Shown here piece by piece: positions 1 to 14,096 of a stretch of DNA of 64,000 nt; the first letter of the stretch is position 1; every line of letters begins with the position of its first letter. The stretch comes from Dendrobates tinctorius. Lineage: Eukaryota. The stretch spans positions 6,696,001 to 6,760,000 of the forward strand of contig NW_027361709.1 in assembly GCF_039654945.1 (NCBI RefSeq), written 5' to 3'. The translations under genes and the position numbers were made by a program. Below the pieces are notes generated by a model. That model had not been told where the DNA came from and made no database searches. It was given only the letters and a program-made list of their open reading frames with translations.

Positions 1-808
1 TCAATGTCAGCTGCAGCGGGAGAGCATTAAAGGGGATGAGGGCCTTAAAGGGGTATCACAGTGAAGTTCACTGCTACATCGGGAGGCAACGCCAATTCTA
101 CAGATGCACGATCTATAGGTATCTTGCATCCGTCCTGATATAAAGGTGAACAGAGCCAGGGAACGTATATTAGGATGGTGCCATCATTCCAAAATACCAT
201 GTCAGACCAAAAATAAAAAGTATGGCTGTAGAGACGCTGTCACGCAGAATAAATCGATACCTTTGGTGTGGAAATCCACCAGGCCATTGCTGAGGAATTC
301 AGAGTTGAGTTTATTTGCAAATGAGCTGCAAAGTGCATTGGGGCGTGTCAAAGCACTTCCAACCATCTCCCGTCCTCACTCCCTATTTTCTGCCTGATGA
401 GAATGATTGACAGGTCCTGTTTATCAAGTAGCAGGGTGCGGAATAAGGAGTGAGGGTTTAACAGCTGAAAGTGCTTTGACACGCCCCGATGCACTTTGCA
501 GCTCATTTGCATATGAACTAAAAGCCAGAATTCTACACCAAAGCTGAAATAATCTGTGAAGAATATCTGGAAATCCAAGATTACCTGCAGCGTTACCTGT
601 GATACGGACGGCATCGAGCGCGAAGTCGTCAGCACCAATCACACTGATTAAATTAACTTTATTCCATGTTTTCAGCAATTCTGGGAACAGACGCAATCTT
701 ACAAGTTCTACCGGGTGACATGTTCTGCTGCAGCTGCATAAACGTTACATAGATTAAAAAAAAAAAATTTTTTTTCTTCACAAGCTTTTTATGTAGATTT
801 TATGGCGT

Positions 809-3800
809 TTAGAACCGCAGCCAGTACATCGCATTGCGGATACGGTTGTAGTCGGGAACCTGCTCGACGGGACCTGAGGAAAGACAAGAGGACGGTGCAA
901 TGAGTAAGACTGCACCTGCGGCTCAGACTCCAATCATCCGTGTACCCCGAAGCTGGCACTTACCGACTGAAGCCACGGCAGGGCACCGATCATACAGGTA
1001 TTTGGAGCACACGTCCCTCAGTGTCTTGGCATTGATGGCCTGCAGGAAGACACATCGGATAGGAACATTTCATCCTTACAGCACAATTTATGTGTTCAGC
1101 CCCAATTCACATTAGCAAAAAGAAAGGATCGAGCAAGATGAATTTCTATAGTCAGATCATTTTATTTTCTAGAGAAAAAACTGCACCGACTGAGCATTCA
1201 AAACACATGCATGCTCAACTGAACTGAGCATGCATAGGGGACGGTCGGGAGAGAGTTTCATTTCCTTTTTTATCTGATGTAAGGTTATGCAATGTCTTTG
1301 GAAATAAGAGCTGCTAAAACCGATCTGTGCAGCCTGATCTCCAGTGGTCTGCCATCCACACAAACTATAGGGCAGCACAGGGGGTGCGACTGCATTCTGG
1401 GGACACAGCAGCAGCTTCGTGACCACCCGCAGACCAAGCATTCAATACTCACATCAATCCTGGAATTCCATTCCTCCAAGGAGATGCGCTGGCCATAAGC
1501 CAATACCTGGCGCCCAATATCCTCACACACAGGGGTTGTTCCTTTAGAAGGATAAAAAAAAACCCCCACAAAGAAGTAATAAGCTGAGGGATCCACCATC
1601 ATAGGATTTCCCTGCAGTTAAAACCCCACTTACCATCCAGCTGTGCCACCAGTGCCGTCTTCAGGGTCTTCTTAGCTTGGGACACTTCACCGTCTGTTGC
1701 GCTGGTACAAAGACGCATCCTGTGGTACAGATCGGAAAGACACTAAGGATTTTTCTATCGGGAGCGACTGATTAGTAACTTGTGTTCTATGTAATACCAC
1801 ATTTCCCCTATGGTGGCGCCGCAGAAGGATAGGAAGCCCGCTGCCAAAGTCCACTGATAGCTGGGAACCTCTTAAAGGGTTTTTTCAATTTATCTAATAT
1901 TGATGATCCCACCGATCTGCTTTAATCAGCATAGAATAGACGCCAGGACAACCCCTTTAACAAAAAAAAACCCTTCATGCTTCCGCAGCACTATCTGCCC
2001 ATCTCCTCACCACTCTCCCTGAGCAATATGGAGCATGTCCTCAATACTATGTTTATCAGTCACGAAGTGAAGCCCGAAGAGTCCTGTGTCGGAGTAACGG
2101 ATATTGAAGGACTGGAAGCTCTGGCACAGATTGTACTCGGCTGCAGCTCTCGCGACATTGCTGGAGAGATTCTAAAAATAATAGAAAAAAAAATAATAAG
2201 TAAAAATCTCCAGACGGTTAATGAGACATCATTTCATTATTTATGACTATTTCTTAATTAAATAAAAAATTCTTAATTAAATTAAAAAAAAATTCTTAAC
2301 TGTTTATTAATGGGATGGTCCACTATTAAACAAATCCCCAATAAGGCTACTTTCACACATCAGATTTTGTGCATCAGGCGCGATGCGGCGAAAAGTGTAA
2401 AAACCGGATCCGGCGCCTGTTGCCACCGGATCCGTTTTTTTCCCCATAGAGTTTCATTATCGCCGCATCGCGCCTGACGCCTATGCGGCGTATCCGGTTT
2501 TTGCCAGATCCGGCAAAAACAGCCGGTCCGGCGTCTGGAAAAAACGTTCTCTGCAACGTTTTTTCTCAGCGCCGGACCGGCTTTTTCCACAGCGCATGCC
2601 CGGACTCTGTGAATGTTAACCCCACAAGTGCCCGGTGAGAGAGAGAGATCTCTCTCTGTCACCCAGACACTTGTGAGAGATCTCTCTTGCCGGGCACTTG
2701 TGGGGTTAACACTCACAGTGTCTGGGTGAGAGAGAGAGATCTCTCTGTGGGGTTAACCCCACAAGTGCCCGGCAAGAGAGAGAGATTCTCTCGCCCGGAC
2801 ACTGAGTGTTAACCCCACATGTCTCTCTCTCTCCAACCCCCTCTCCTCTCCCCTCCCCTCTCCTCTCCTCTCCCCTCCCTTTCAGCAGCTGTCTCTCTCA
2901 GCGGCTGTCTCTGTCCACCTCCTGCTGCGGCTCCTTTAAATCACGTCCGAGCCGTATCAGACGCCGCACACACATCCGGTGTCACGGCTGCAGGCCGGAT
3001 CCGGCGGCCCGGCTTTTCGCCGCACGCCGCCGGACCCCACACACCGGATGTGTGAAAGTAGCCTAAGAGGCCCTCCAAAAAAAAATTAATACTCACCTCT
3101 AGTCTCGTACTCATCATTATATGTCTAACTGGCCTCCTGACACAAACATGTAATGGAGGTGTCACAAGAGCGCTGCAGCCAATCAGTGACCGCTGTTTGG
3201 CTGCAGAATTCACATTACGCTTAAGCGAAATGCACGTGTGGTATTAAGGTCTAAACTATTTTCTCAGTAGAGGAGAACGCTGTATTTACTCTCCTTACCT
3301 TCCCGCCTCCATATGTAGTATCGTAGTTGCTGAGGATGGTGTTGGCTAAGGCCAAAGCGACGTTATCAGCGCTGTTCCATCCCGGTCCGTCAACTGCAAT
3401 AGCAACGTGAGCCAAGGGCAGGTCGTCATTACGGGCAGAGAGCTAAAAAAAAAATCAATAGATAGATCAAAAGATCAATATTACACAGAAGAGAAGATAG
3501 TGGGGTCATATGGTGCAAGATGGAGTTGCTCATACTGGACCCAGCAGATCTGTCAATGATTTGCTGGGTCCATACAATGATTGGATGAGCCATACAATCA
3601 CTGATGGAGCAAGACATTGCTTAGGAGCTGTGTACAATGAACAGTATATGATCTTTAATTTGGTTTTAGTTCAGATGCAAAAAGGCTCAAAATTCATATA
3701 CTCACTGCGCTTCCTGTAAACCTACACGGGGCGAGCACAGGGATGATGACTCCATCCTCGTATTCTGAAGAAAGGCCGCCAAAGTGTCTGTGGGCGAGTT

Positions 3801-6800
3801 CACACAGCTCCTTGTGATTGATTCCTGAAAGTATGTAAATTACATACAATATGTGAGATGTAATAAATCATTTCCTCCTGTAACATGGGTCCTGCAGGCT
3901 GGAGGGATTGCAGACGGGGTTTATATTACTTTATAGGACCTATGCAGGATGCAGTGTTACCTCCTGCTGCAGCAAGGACCATATGAGGAGCCTTGTAGTG
4001 TATGTTGATGTACTCCAGAAGGTCGGCCCGTGTGAACCTCCTGGAGGAAGAGATCATAATAGATGAGTACTTGTCCCAGAGACCATCCACGACTGTCACT
4101 GAATATTAAATAATGTCACAGACAGAGCGATGACTACATTTCCCGATTTTGCTTACTTTATATTTTCTGATGGGCCCACAATGGTTTGGCCGAGGGGGGT
4201 TCCTTGAAACGCGGTGGCGTGGAGATAATCGAATGTCACCTCCTCGAGGTTAGAGTCGAGCTCCTGCATCTCCCTCAGCACCACCTCTCGCGTCTTCTCG
4301 ATCTGAGAGTCCTCCAGGCTCTTATTCTGGACCACGTCGGCCAGGATCTCAACAGCTGAGAACAGAGGGAAAAAAAAAAAAAAAAATCAGACACTGGATT
4401 TCCAGTCCTGGGAGACGGGAGCCACAAATCGAATAAGGAATTAGAGATAACGCTTGGCCCACACGTACGATCGAGTGATAAGAGGCAAAGGAATATCCGG
4501 CATGTCTGAGCTCATTTTGTCGTCTCCTGCTACCAGGGACCATTTGTTACATCCATGAAGCCCACAATGAGGTCCTTACCTTTAGGCAGATCCTTGGACA
4601 GCGCCTTAATGTAGACAGCCGTCTGCTCCCGGGTGGTGTAAGTACTGAGGTGGGCTCCCATGCTCTCCACCTCCTGCTCCAGGGCGGCCTGGGGGCGCTT
4701 CTTTGTTCCCTGGATGAAAGAGATTTAATAGAAAAAAGTTTATGTTTTATCATATATTACTTGTCAGTGGGGCACAATGGTAGGAACCACTGACACGAAG
4801 CCGCTGTCAATCTCTTTAAGTGGTTCTAAGCGGTGTGCAAGTCCAGTTATCACCGACAGCTGATAGTCATTGCCTCGGCACGGCAGTAGCTATCATGTCA
4901 TGCCGTCTATGTTAATACTGAAGGCCCCCTGTCCCCATCACTACCATCTTTGTACTCCTATGAAGCTTTACATCGCAGGTTAAACCACCCTCGCGTTTGG
5001 CCGAAAATAAAAAAAAAATATATATTCTGTATCGCCATGTTCATGAAAGTTCGAGCTTTGAAATGTGTAACATAGAAAAAAGTCAAAACACCCAAAAATG
5101 TCAGGGTTTTTTTTGTCACTGCAACGACCAAAAAAAAAAAAAAAAAAAGAAAACTACAATAAAAAAAATCAATCAAAATGTTAAATATATTATGTGGGAT
5201 GATGGACAGGGAGATATGGGGACACTATGTTAGGTGCTATGGTGGATGGGTGGTGTGCGTCCTTCTCTCAGAGCATGGATTGAATTGGTAAGTTCTGTTA
5301 TACCGTATGAACGAACGTGATATCAGAACCGGGGCTGTCCAGGGAAATTTGATAAAATTTGGGATAGGTGGAACTCCTCTCATCTCACCATTTTAGTACG
5401 TAGTGGTTCAGTACCACCATAAATACTATGGTTAAAATATTTCGCGTTATCCTATGGCATCAAATGGCTATTAATAATGCATAACTGTGCTTGGCAGTGT
5501 GTTTGTAGTAGTTGCAGTTTAATTAGATGTGTAATATTTTGAGATATATATTGCCAAATGGATATAAAGACAAAATGTTCTGCTCACTTGTTGATTTGGT
5601 TTATTATCCTTCCAGCAAAATACATGGACTTATGAATCCAAAACTTGTAAGGATCTACTATGCAAGGTTGCTGTTCCTTTATAGCTGTTTGGTCAAGTGT
5701 ATGTGTATTACTTTGGCTATATTCATGTGTGTATATGATGTTGTGTTAGGGTTAATAAACAAATTTAAAAAAAAAAATAATGTTAAATATAACCCAAAAC
5801 TGTATCAATAAATACTGCATCTCGGCACATGAGAAGAGGGTCCTCATACTGCTCCATCAATGAGAAAAAAAAAAAATGTTGCACATCTCAGAAAATCAAT
5901 TTTTGGAGTTCTGAATTTTTATTAAAAAACATGAAAAATATATAAGAAAGATATTTATAACAACTAAACAAAAAAATTCAGAATCGCAGAGGGGGTGAGC
6001 GGTTTCCACTGTTTCACCCAACTTGGAAGTTTTGTTTTCTTTTCCCTTTTTTCAGGACATTATAAAACAGTGATTAGAATCAATAAAAACAACAACAAAC
6101 AAAAAAACGATCACTCTTTGGTCGACGTCGACAGAAAGATTAAAAAAATTACTGGGAGAGGGAAAAAAAAAGTTCAAAACTGAAAACTGGCTCCAACGGA
6201 AAAGGGTTGGTCATTTTTGCGGACTGTGGTCACCCCGTGGGCCTCGCCCCTGAGATCAGGCTACTCCTAAATGACCACTCTGGATCTCTGACTCCTGTAG
6301 GAAGCGGCAGCATCACCGCCGACACCACAGACCTGCCGGTGACCCACCGCTGTATAAGAGAGGAAGATGGCGGCCGCTCTCCTCGCTCTGAATGGAGCTG
6401 TCTCTCACCTTGAAGGCCAGATGTTCCAGGAAATATCCCACTCCGTTGTTCTTTTCATTTTCATAGCGACTTCCGGCAGCAATCCACACACCGACCTACA
6501 GAACAGGCAGAAATAAAATGGATGTCCCAAACCGTTCCTGCACCTATATCTATGACAAGATCTCTGCTTGTTGTCAGTGAATGCATGATTCCATCCCAAA
6601 GGGAATAAACGTCTTCTGCTGCCACCAGGACATCAGATGTCTGCCATGGTCAGGAAAAAAAAACACGATTGCTCCAGTTCACTGACGGCAGGCAGAGGTC
6701 TTAAAAGTGAAACGGAACCTAAAGGGGGTCATCAATATCAGATGGGTGGGCGCCTCAACTCCTGTGGCGGCCATATGAAAACAGTAGATGCAGCTCAGCT

Positions 6801-8831
6801 CCATCCTTCTAAGGTGCTGAATCAGCTACCAACGCAATGAACAGGAGCGGAGCAGCCACTACAGAGTGTACAGCGCTGTATCTTGTGTCCATCTGGTCAC
6901 AGCTGATCAGCAGGGTCACCGTGTGTCAGCCGCGCACCGATCTGATACTGGGGACCCAAACTGCAGACAGGTCATCAATAGCCTAATCACTTCTGAATAT
7001 GTAAGCCTAGCGACCAGTGCGGGACGGGCTCAAGCCCCGAGCCAGCACTATAGGCAGCAGATGTCATCTGCCTATAACAGTAGTGATCAAGGCTAGGCTC
7101 TAGTCGCTGCTGTTAACCCCTTAAAGGCCGCAGCATTTAAGGCACATGGTCCCATCCTGGGCACCCACGTTTCGCCCTACTGCACTACAAGTCCTGCTAC
7201 AGAACACGAGCCCTCATATGGCCATGTAGGCAAAGAAATAAATAGCTCGGGCTCTTGTAAGTGGAGGAAGTAATACAAAAGCTTAAAACATATGTCAGTG
7301 GCAGGAAGGGGTGAAAGACAGTTTGTTAGAAAGGGGCAGGATATCGGGACTTACGGTGCATGTGGGCTGTCCAGACTCCTCAGAGGCGACGCGCAGCCCA
7401 TTCTCCAGAGCGCTGACCTGGGTATCGGGAATGTTACTTAATGTTTGCGCATAGGAGACGGCGCTGCGGCTCCTCTTCACACCTAACAGTGCCGACTGCA
7501 AGAAGAAAATCATAAAAGGATTACAACCCACCAAACCCACTGCGTGTGTCCACCTGCCGTCATCTATGCGGGGGGGGGGGGGGGTGAATAAGTGAGCGTC
7601 ACAGACACAACCTCTGTTGCTTCTATGAAGTATTATACATCAAGTGAAGGATTTGCTGCTACACTACTGAATAATTCTACTGCTGCTTCCTAGAAAATGT
7701 TTTATTTCACCTTGGTGCTGGATTCACAGCTGCACTGTAAAATACTGCTTTATAATGTTCTCTATTGCTGCTGCTTTACAGCGAGTGTTATCTCAACCTA
7801 GCGCTGGATTCACAGCTACACTGTGCTCAGTACTGCTGTATATTTCTCCTGCTACTGTGGCTTCCTGGTAAATATTTCACACAACCCTAGTGCTGGATTT
7901 GCAGCTGCACTGCACAATACTACGGTATAACATTCTCTATACGACTGCTTTACAGAAAGTGCTATAAAGCTAACACTTGCTCTAAACCAGTAGCATAGAG
8001 AATGTTATGCAGCACTACTGAGCAGTGCAGCTGCGACTCCATTTCAGTGAGCGGTTGGCGGATCATGGTTTTATTAGTGATGCCCTCAGATTGTTACTAC
8101 ATAGAGACACAAGCCCATTAATCCCTCGCGTCGCGTCTGTCCGCGCCTCTCAGCGCACAGTGAAACAATGTAACGATCCCTGCAGCTGCGTCACATGCAC
8201 ACGACCAATAGAGGTTCACAGCGTCCCTGCACCCCAATCGCAAGTCCTAATCATAGGACATTAATTTGTATTCCTGAAAAAGATTGTTCAGAATTAATAA
8301 AACACAGGTGCACTATATGAACAGCGCCCCCTCCCTGTCCCCGGGTTGTGTCTGGTATTACAGCTCCAACACCATGAAGAAACAAGAGGCAGAACTGCAG
8401 TACCGGACACTACCTGAGGGCCGGGGGGCGCTGTCTGTAGTACAGTTATATCAGGTCCTAGAGATTATACAGACCCTACACTAGAGACTCAGATCCACAG
8501 GAGCGGCCGCCGGGGAATCAGGGGTTAATAGCAGAGAATCACAAAAAGCAACAAATCTCTTCACACCCCAATAACCGAGAAAACAACCGGGAGATGAGAG
8601 CGCAGGACGGCACCGAGCACCGGCGGCCTCCGGTGTCCTGGGACTGGGTGACCTTCACCGCACACAGCGGCGGCCTCTCCACACAGCAGCCCGGCCACCA
8701 CACAACAAGAGATGTCGCCCCCCACGGACCACCGGGACTCCCGCCGCCCGGTACCGAGCTGCACCTACCGAGCGGGAGGAAAGAAGGACCCGGCCCGCAG
8801 CGCCGCCGGCTCTGTACACGGCCGCCGCCAT
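809..8831 (-). CDS. uqcrc1: Cytochrome b-c1 complex core protein 1 (M16 family), 13 exons, 479 aa
   Basis: Exons in transcript order: 8769-8831, 7355-7495, 6409-6495, 4580-4709, 4157-4355, 3961-4040, 3706-3824, 3299-3442, 2011-2171, 1634-1719, 1453-1541, 964-1039, 809-873. All introns are GT-AG and the total is 1440 nt. The translation runs [21 protein letters not shown]...[23 protein letters not shown]...[13 protein letters not shown]...[19 protein letters not shown] rather than HFLEH identifies core 1 instead of PMPCB. A candidate AATAAA lies at 658-663 (minus). Confidence 0.97.
2345..3063. mobile_element. Harbinger/PIF-type MITE in uqcrc1 intron 8
   Basis: TIRs GGCTACTTTCACACATC...GATGTGTGAAAGTAGCC are flanked by TAA on both sides (2342-2344 and 3064-3066). 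The interior contains palindromes and simple repeats. Confidence 0.8.
5190..5778 (+). mobile_element. 5'-truncated L1-type LINE 3' end
   Basis: It carries a degenerate ORF2 C-terminus (…[12 protein letters not shown], ~5335-5370), then AATAAA and an A-tail at 5753-5777. The 13-bp TSD AATGTTAAATATA is at 5177-5189 and 5779-5791. Confidence 0.65.
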
Positions 8832-8926
8832 CTTCCAGGTGACAGTGAGACAGACGAGCGCATGCGCATCAAGACACAGGAAACGAGAAGTGTGACACTA
8901 CATTGTAAGAGCGCCCTCTGCTGCTA
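8824..8926 (-). promoter_or_regulatory. uqcrc1 core promoter: YY1, NRF1 and CTCF-like motifs
   Basis: AAGATGGCGGC (YY1 consensus) overlaps the ATG. Palindromic GCGCATGCGC (NRF1) is at 8858-8867. TAGCAGCAGAGGGCGCTCT (CTCF-like, minus strand) is at ~8908-8926. The region is CpG-rich from ~8490 to 8870. Confidence 0.65.
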
Positions 8927-8956
8927 GGAGGTCAGTAGTGACAACTACACAGCTAA

Positions 8957-9389
8957 GAGTACGTGCACACGCTGCGGATTGGGGTGCAGATTCATCCGCG
9001 CGGATTTGCCTGCGTTTTTTCATCTCAATGGAGGAGATGGCAAACCGCAGCGGAATCCGCAGAAAGAATTGACATGTCAATTCTTTCTACGGTTTTGAAA
9101 CCGCAGCAAAACCGCGAGGAAAAATCTGCACCGTCTGCACTGCGGTTTTTAATATCCATAGGATATTATGGTACTGTACACCGCAGCAGAATCCGCAGCG
9201 TGTGCACATACCCTGAAACCGCAGTGTTTCTGTACAAAAGAATTGACATGCTGCGGATTGTAAACCGCGGAAAAATCCGCAGCATGTGCACAGTGTTATT
9301 CCAGTTTACCATTGAAAACAATGGTACTGTACAACGCACCAAAATCTGCTGCGGATCCGCAGCAGAATCCGCACCGTGTGCACACACCC
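8957..9389. mobile_element. Harbinger-type MITE (composite, with two right ends)
   Basis: TAA-flanked, with termini …GTGCACACGCTGCGGATT and AATCCGCACCGTGTGCACACACCC. An extra right terminus lies at ~9213. The CCGCAG-rich interior is shared with the copy at 26734-27099. Confidence 0.7.
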
Positions 9390-9392
9390 TAA

Positions 9393-10321
9393 GGCTGAGT
9401 TCACACGTGGCGTTTTTTTCGCGTTTCCGCTGCGGTTTTCACTGCGTGATTTTGCCACGAAAACGTGAAAAATAAGCATCCCATGCATTCCTATGGGATT
9501 CCGCAATGCTGTGCTAATGCTGCGTTTTTTACCGCGGCGGAATCGCTTCACGGTAAAAAACGCAGCATGCTCATTAATTTTGCAGAATCGCGGCGATCCC
9601 GCACCCATAGGAATGCATTGTTCCGCTTCCCGCATGTGGCTGTGCACAACATGCGAAAAGTAAGCAGAACATTTGCGGATGGTACCCACGGTCCGGAGGA
9701 GAGGAGACTGTCCTCCAGGCTTTGGGTACCATATCCCTGTAAAAAATAGAATTTAAAATAAAAAATATTGTTATTCTCACCTTACAACGTCCCACACAGC
9801 CTTCCCGCTTCTCTCCACGCTCCCAGTAAGCCTTTGCCAGCGATGACGTCCGTTCTCGCGGGATCGCGAAGTTTCGCGATCATCGCGAATGACCGTGAGA
9901 CATCGCGATCCCGTGAGAACGGACGTCATCGCGGTAATTGTCGCAAAGGATTACTGGGACCGGGAGCGTGGAGAGAGGCAGGAAGGCTACACGGGACGTC
10001 GGAAGGTGAGAATAGCATTTTTTTTTTAATTATTATATTTTACATCCTATCTTTTACTATTGATGCTGCATAGGCGGCCTCAATAGCAAAAAGTTGGTCA
10101 CACTTGTCAAACACTATGTTTGACGAGTGTGACCAACCTGTCAATCAGTTCTCCAAGCGATGCTACAGATCGCTTGGAAAACGCTAGCATTCTGCAAGCT
10201 AATTACGCCTGCAAATCGCTAGTTTTTCCGCGGGAATTTAAATTGCGATTTTCCCGCGGAATGGAATTCCGAATTTCTCGCGGCAATTTCCACGAGAGTT
10301 CCGCTACGTGTGAACCCAGCC
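9393..10321. mobile_element. Harbinger-type MITE
   Basis: TIRs GGCTGAGTTCACACGT and ACGTGTGAACCCAGCC, with TAA at 9390-9392 and 10322-10324. There is an internal palindrome at ~9770-10020. Confidence 0.75.
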
Positions 10322-12465
10322 TAATACTGCCCCTATGCACAAGAATATAACTACTATAATACTGCTCCTATATACAAGAATATAACTACTATAATACTGC
10401 CCCTATGTACAAGAATATAACTACTATAATACTGCTCCCTATGTACAAGACTATAACTACTAAAATACTGTCCCTATGTACAAGAATATAACTACTATAA
10501 TACTGCCCCTATGTACAAAAATATAACTACTATAATACTGCCCCTATGTACAAGAATATAACTATTATAATACTGCCCCTATGTACAGGAATATAACTAC
10601 TATAATACTGCGCCCTATGTACAAGAATATAACTACTATAATACTGCCCCCTATGTACAAGAATATAACTGCTATAATACTGCCCCTATGTACAAGAATA
10701 TAACTACTATAATACTGCCCCAATGTACAAGAATATAACTATAATACTGCCCCCTATGTACAAGAATATAACTACTATAATACTGCCCCTATGTACAAGA
10801 ATATAACTACTATAATACTGCCCCTATGTACAAGACTATAACTACTATAATACTGCTATATACAAGAATATAACTACTATAATACTGCCCCTATGTACAA
10901 GAATATAACTACTATAATACTGCCCCTATGTACAAGAATATAACTACTATAATACTGCTCCTATGTACAAGAATATAACTACTATAATACTGCCCCTATG
11001 TACAAGAATATAACTACTATAATACTGCCCCTATGTACAAGAATATAACTACTATAATACTGCTCCTATGTACAAGACTATAACTACTATAATACTGCCC
11101 CTATGTACAAGACTATAACTACTATAATACTGCTATATACAAGAATATAACTGCTATAATACTGCCCCTATGTACAAGAATATAACTACTATAATACTGC
11201 CCCTATGTACAAGACTATAACTACTATAATACTGCTATATACAAGAATATAACTGCTATAATACTGCCCCTATGTACAAGAATATAACTACTATAATACT
11301 GCCCCTATGTACAAGAATATAACTACTATAATACTGCTCCTATGTACAAGAATATAACTACTATAATACTGCCCCTATGTACAAGAATATAGCTACTATA
11401 ATACTGCTCCTATGTACAAGACTATAACTACTATAATACTGCCCCTATGTACAAGAATATAACTACTATAATACTGCTATATACAAGAATATAACTACTA
11501 TAATACTGCCCCTATGTACAAGAATATAACTACTATAATACTGCCCCCTATGTACAAGAATATAACTACTATAATACAGCTCCTATGTACAAGACTATAA
11601 CTACTATAATACTGCCGCTATGTACAAGAATATAACTACTATAATACTGCTCCTATGTACAAGAATATAACTACTATAATACTGCCCCCTATGTACAAGA
11701 ATATAACTACTATAATACTGCCTCTATGTACAAGAATATAACTACTATAATACTGCCCCTATGTACAGGAATATAACTACTATAATACTGCTCCTATGTA
11801 TAAGACTATAACTACTATAATACTGCTCCTATGTATAAGACTATAACTACTATAATACTGCCGCTATGTACAAGAATATAACTACTATAATACTGCTCCT
11901 ATGTACAAGAATATAACTACTATAATACTGCCCCCTATGTACAAGAATATAACTACTATAATACTGCCCCTATGTACAAGAATATAACTACTATAATACT
12001 GCTCCTATGTATAAGACTATAACTACTATAATACTGCCTCTATGTACAAGAATATAACTACTATAATACTGCCCCTATGTACAAGAATATAACTACTATA
12101 ATACTGCTCCTATGTATAAGACTATAACTACTATAATACTGCTCCTATGTATAAGACTATAACTACTATAATACTGCCGCTATGTACAAGAATATAACTA
12201 CTATAATACTGCTCCTATGTACAAGAATATAACTACTATAATACTGCCCCCTATGTACAAGAATATAACTACTATAATACTGCCCCTATGTACAAGAATA
12301 TAACTACTATAATACTGCTCCTATGTATAAGACTATAACTACTATAATACTGCCCCTATGTACAAGAATATAACTACTATAATACTGCCCCTATGTACAA
12401 GACTATAACTACTATAATACTGCCCCCCTATGTACAAGAATATAAATACTATAATACTGCCCCTA

Positions 12466-14096
<1,631 letters not shown>

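Noticed and set aside
809-8831. Assignment as pmpcb (MPP beta)
   Set aside because: The zinc motif reads YFLEH rather than HFLEH, and the termini and exon sizes fit uqcrc1.
8963-10350. Long ORFs of 70-170 aa upstream of uqcrc1
   Set aside because: They lie entirely within MITEs, recur in the related copy at 26.7-27.2 kb, and contain no recognisable domain.
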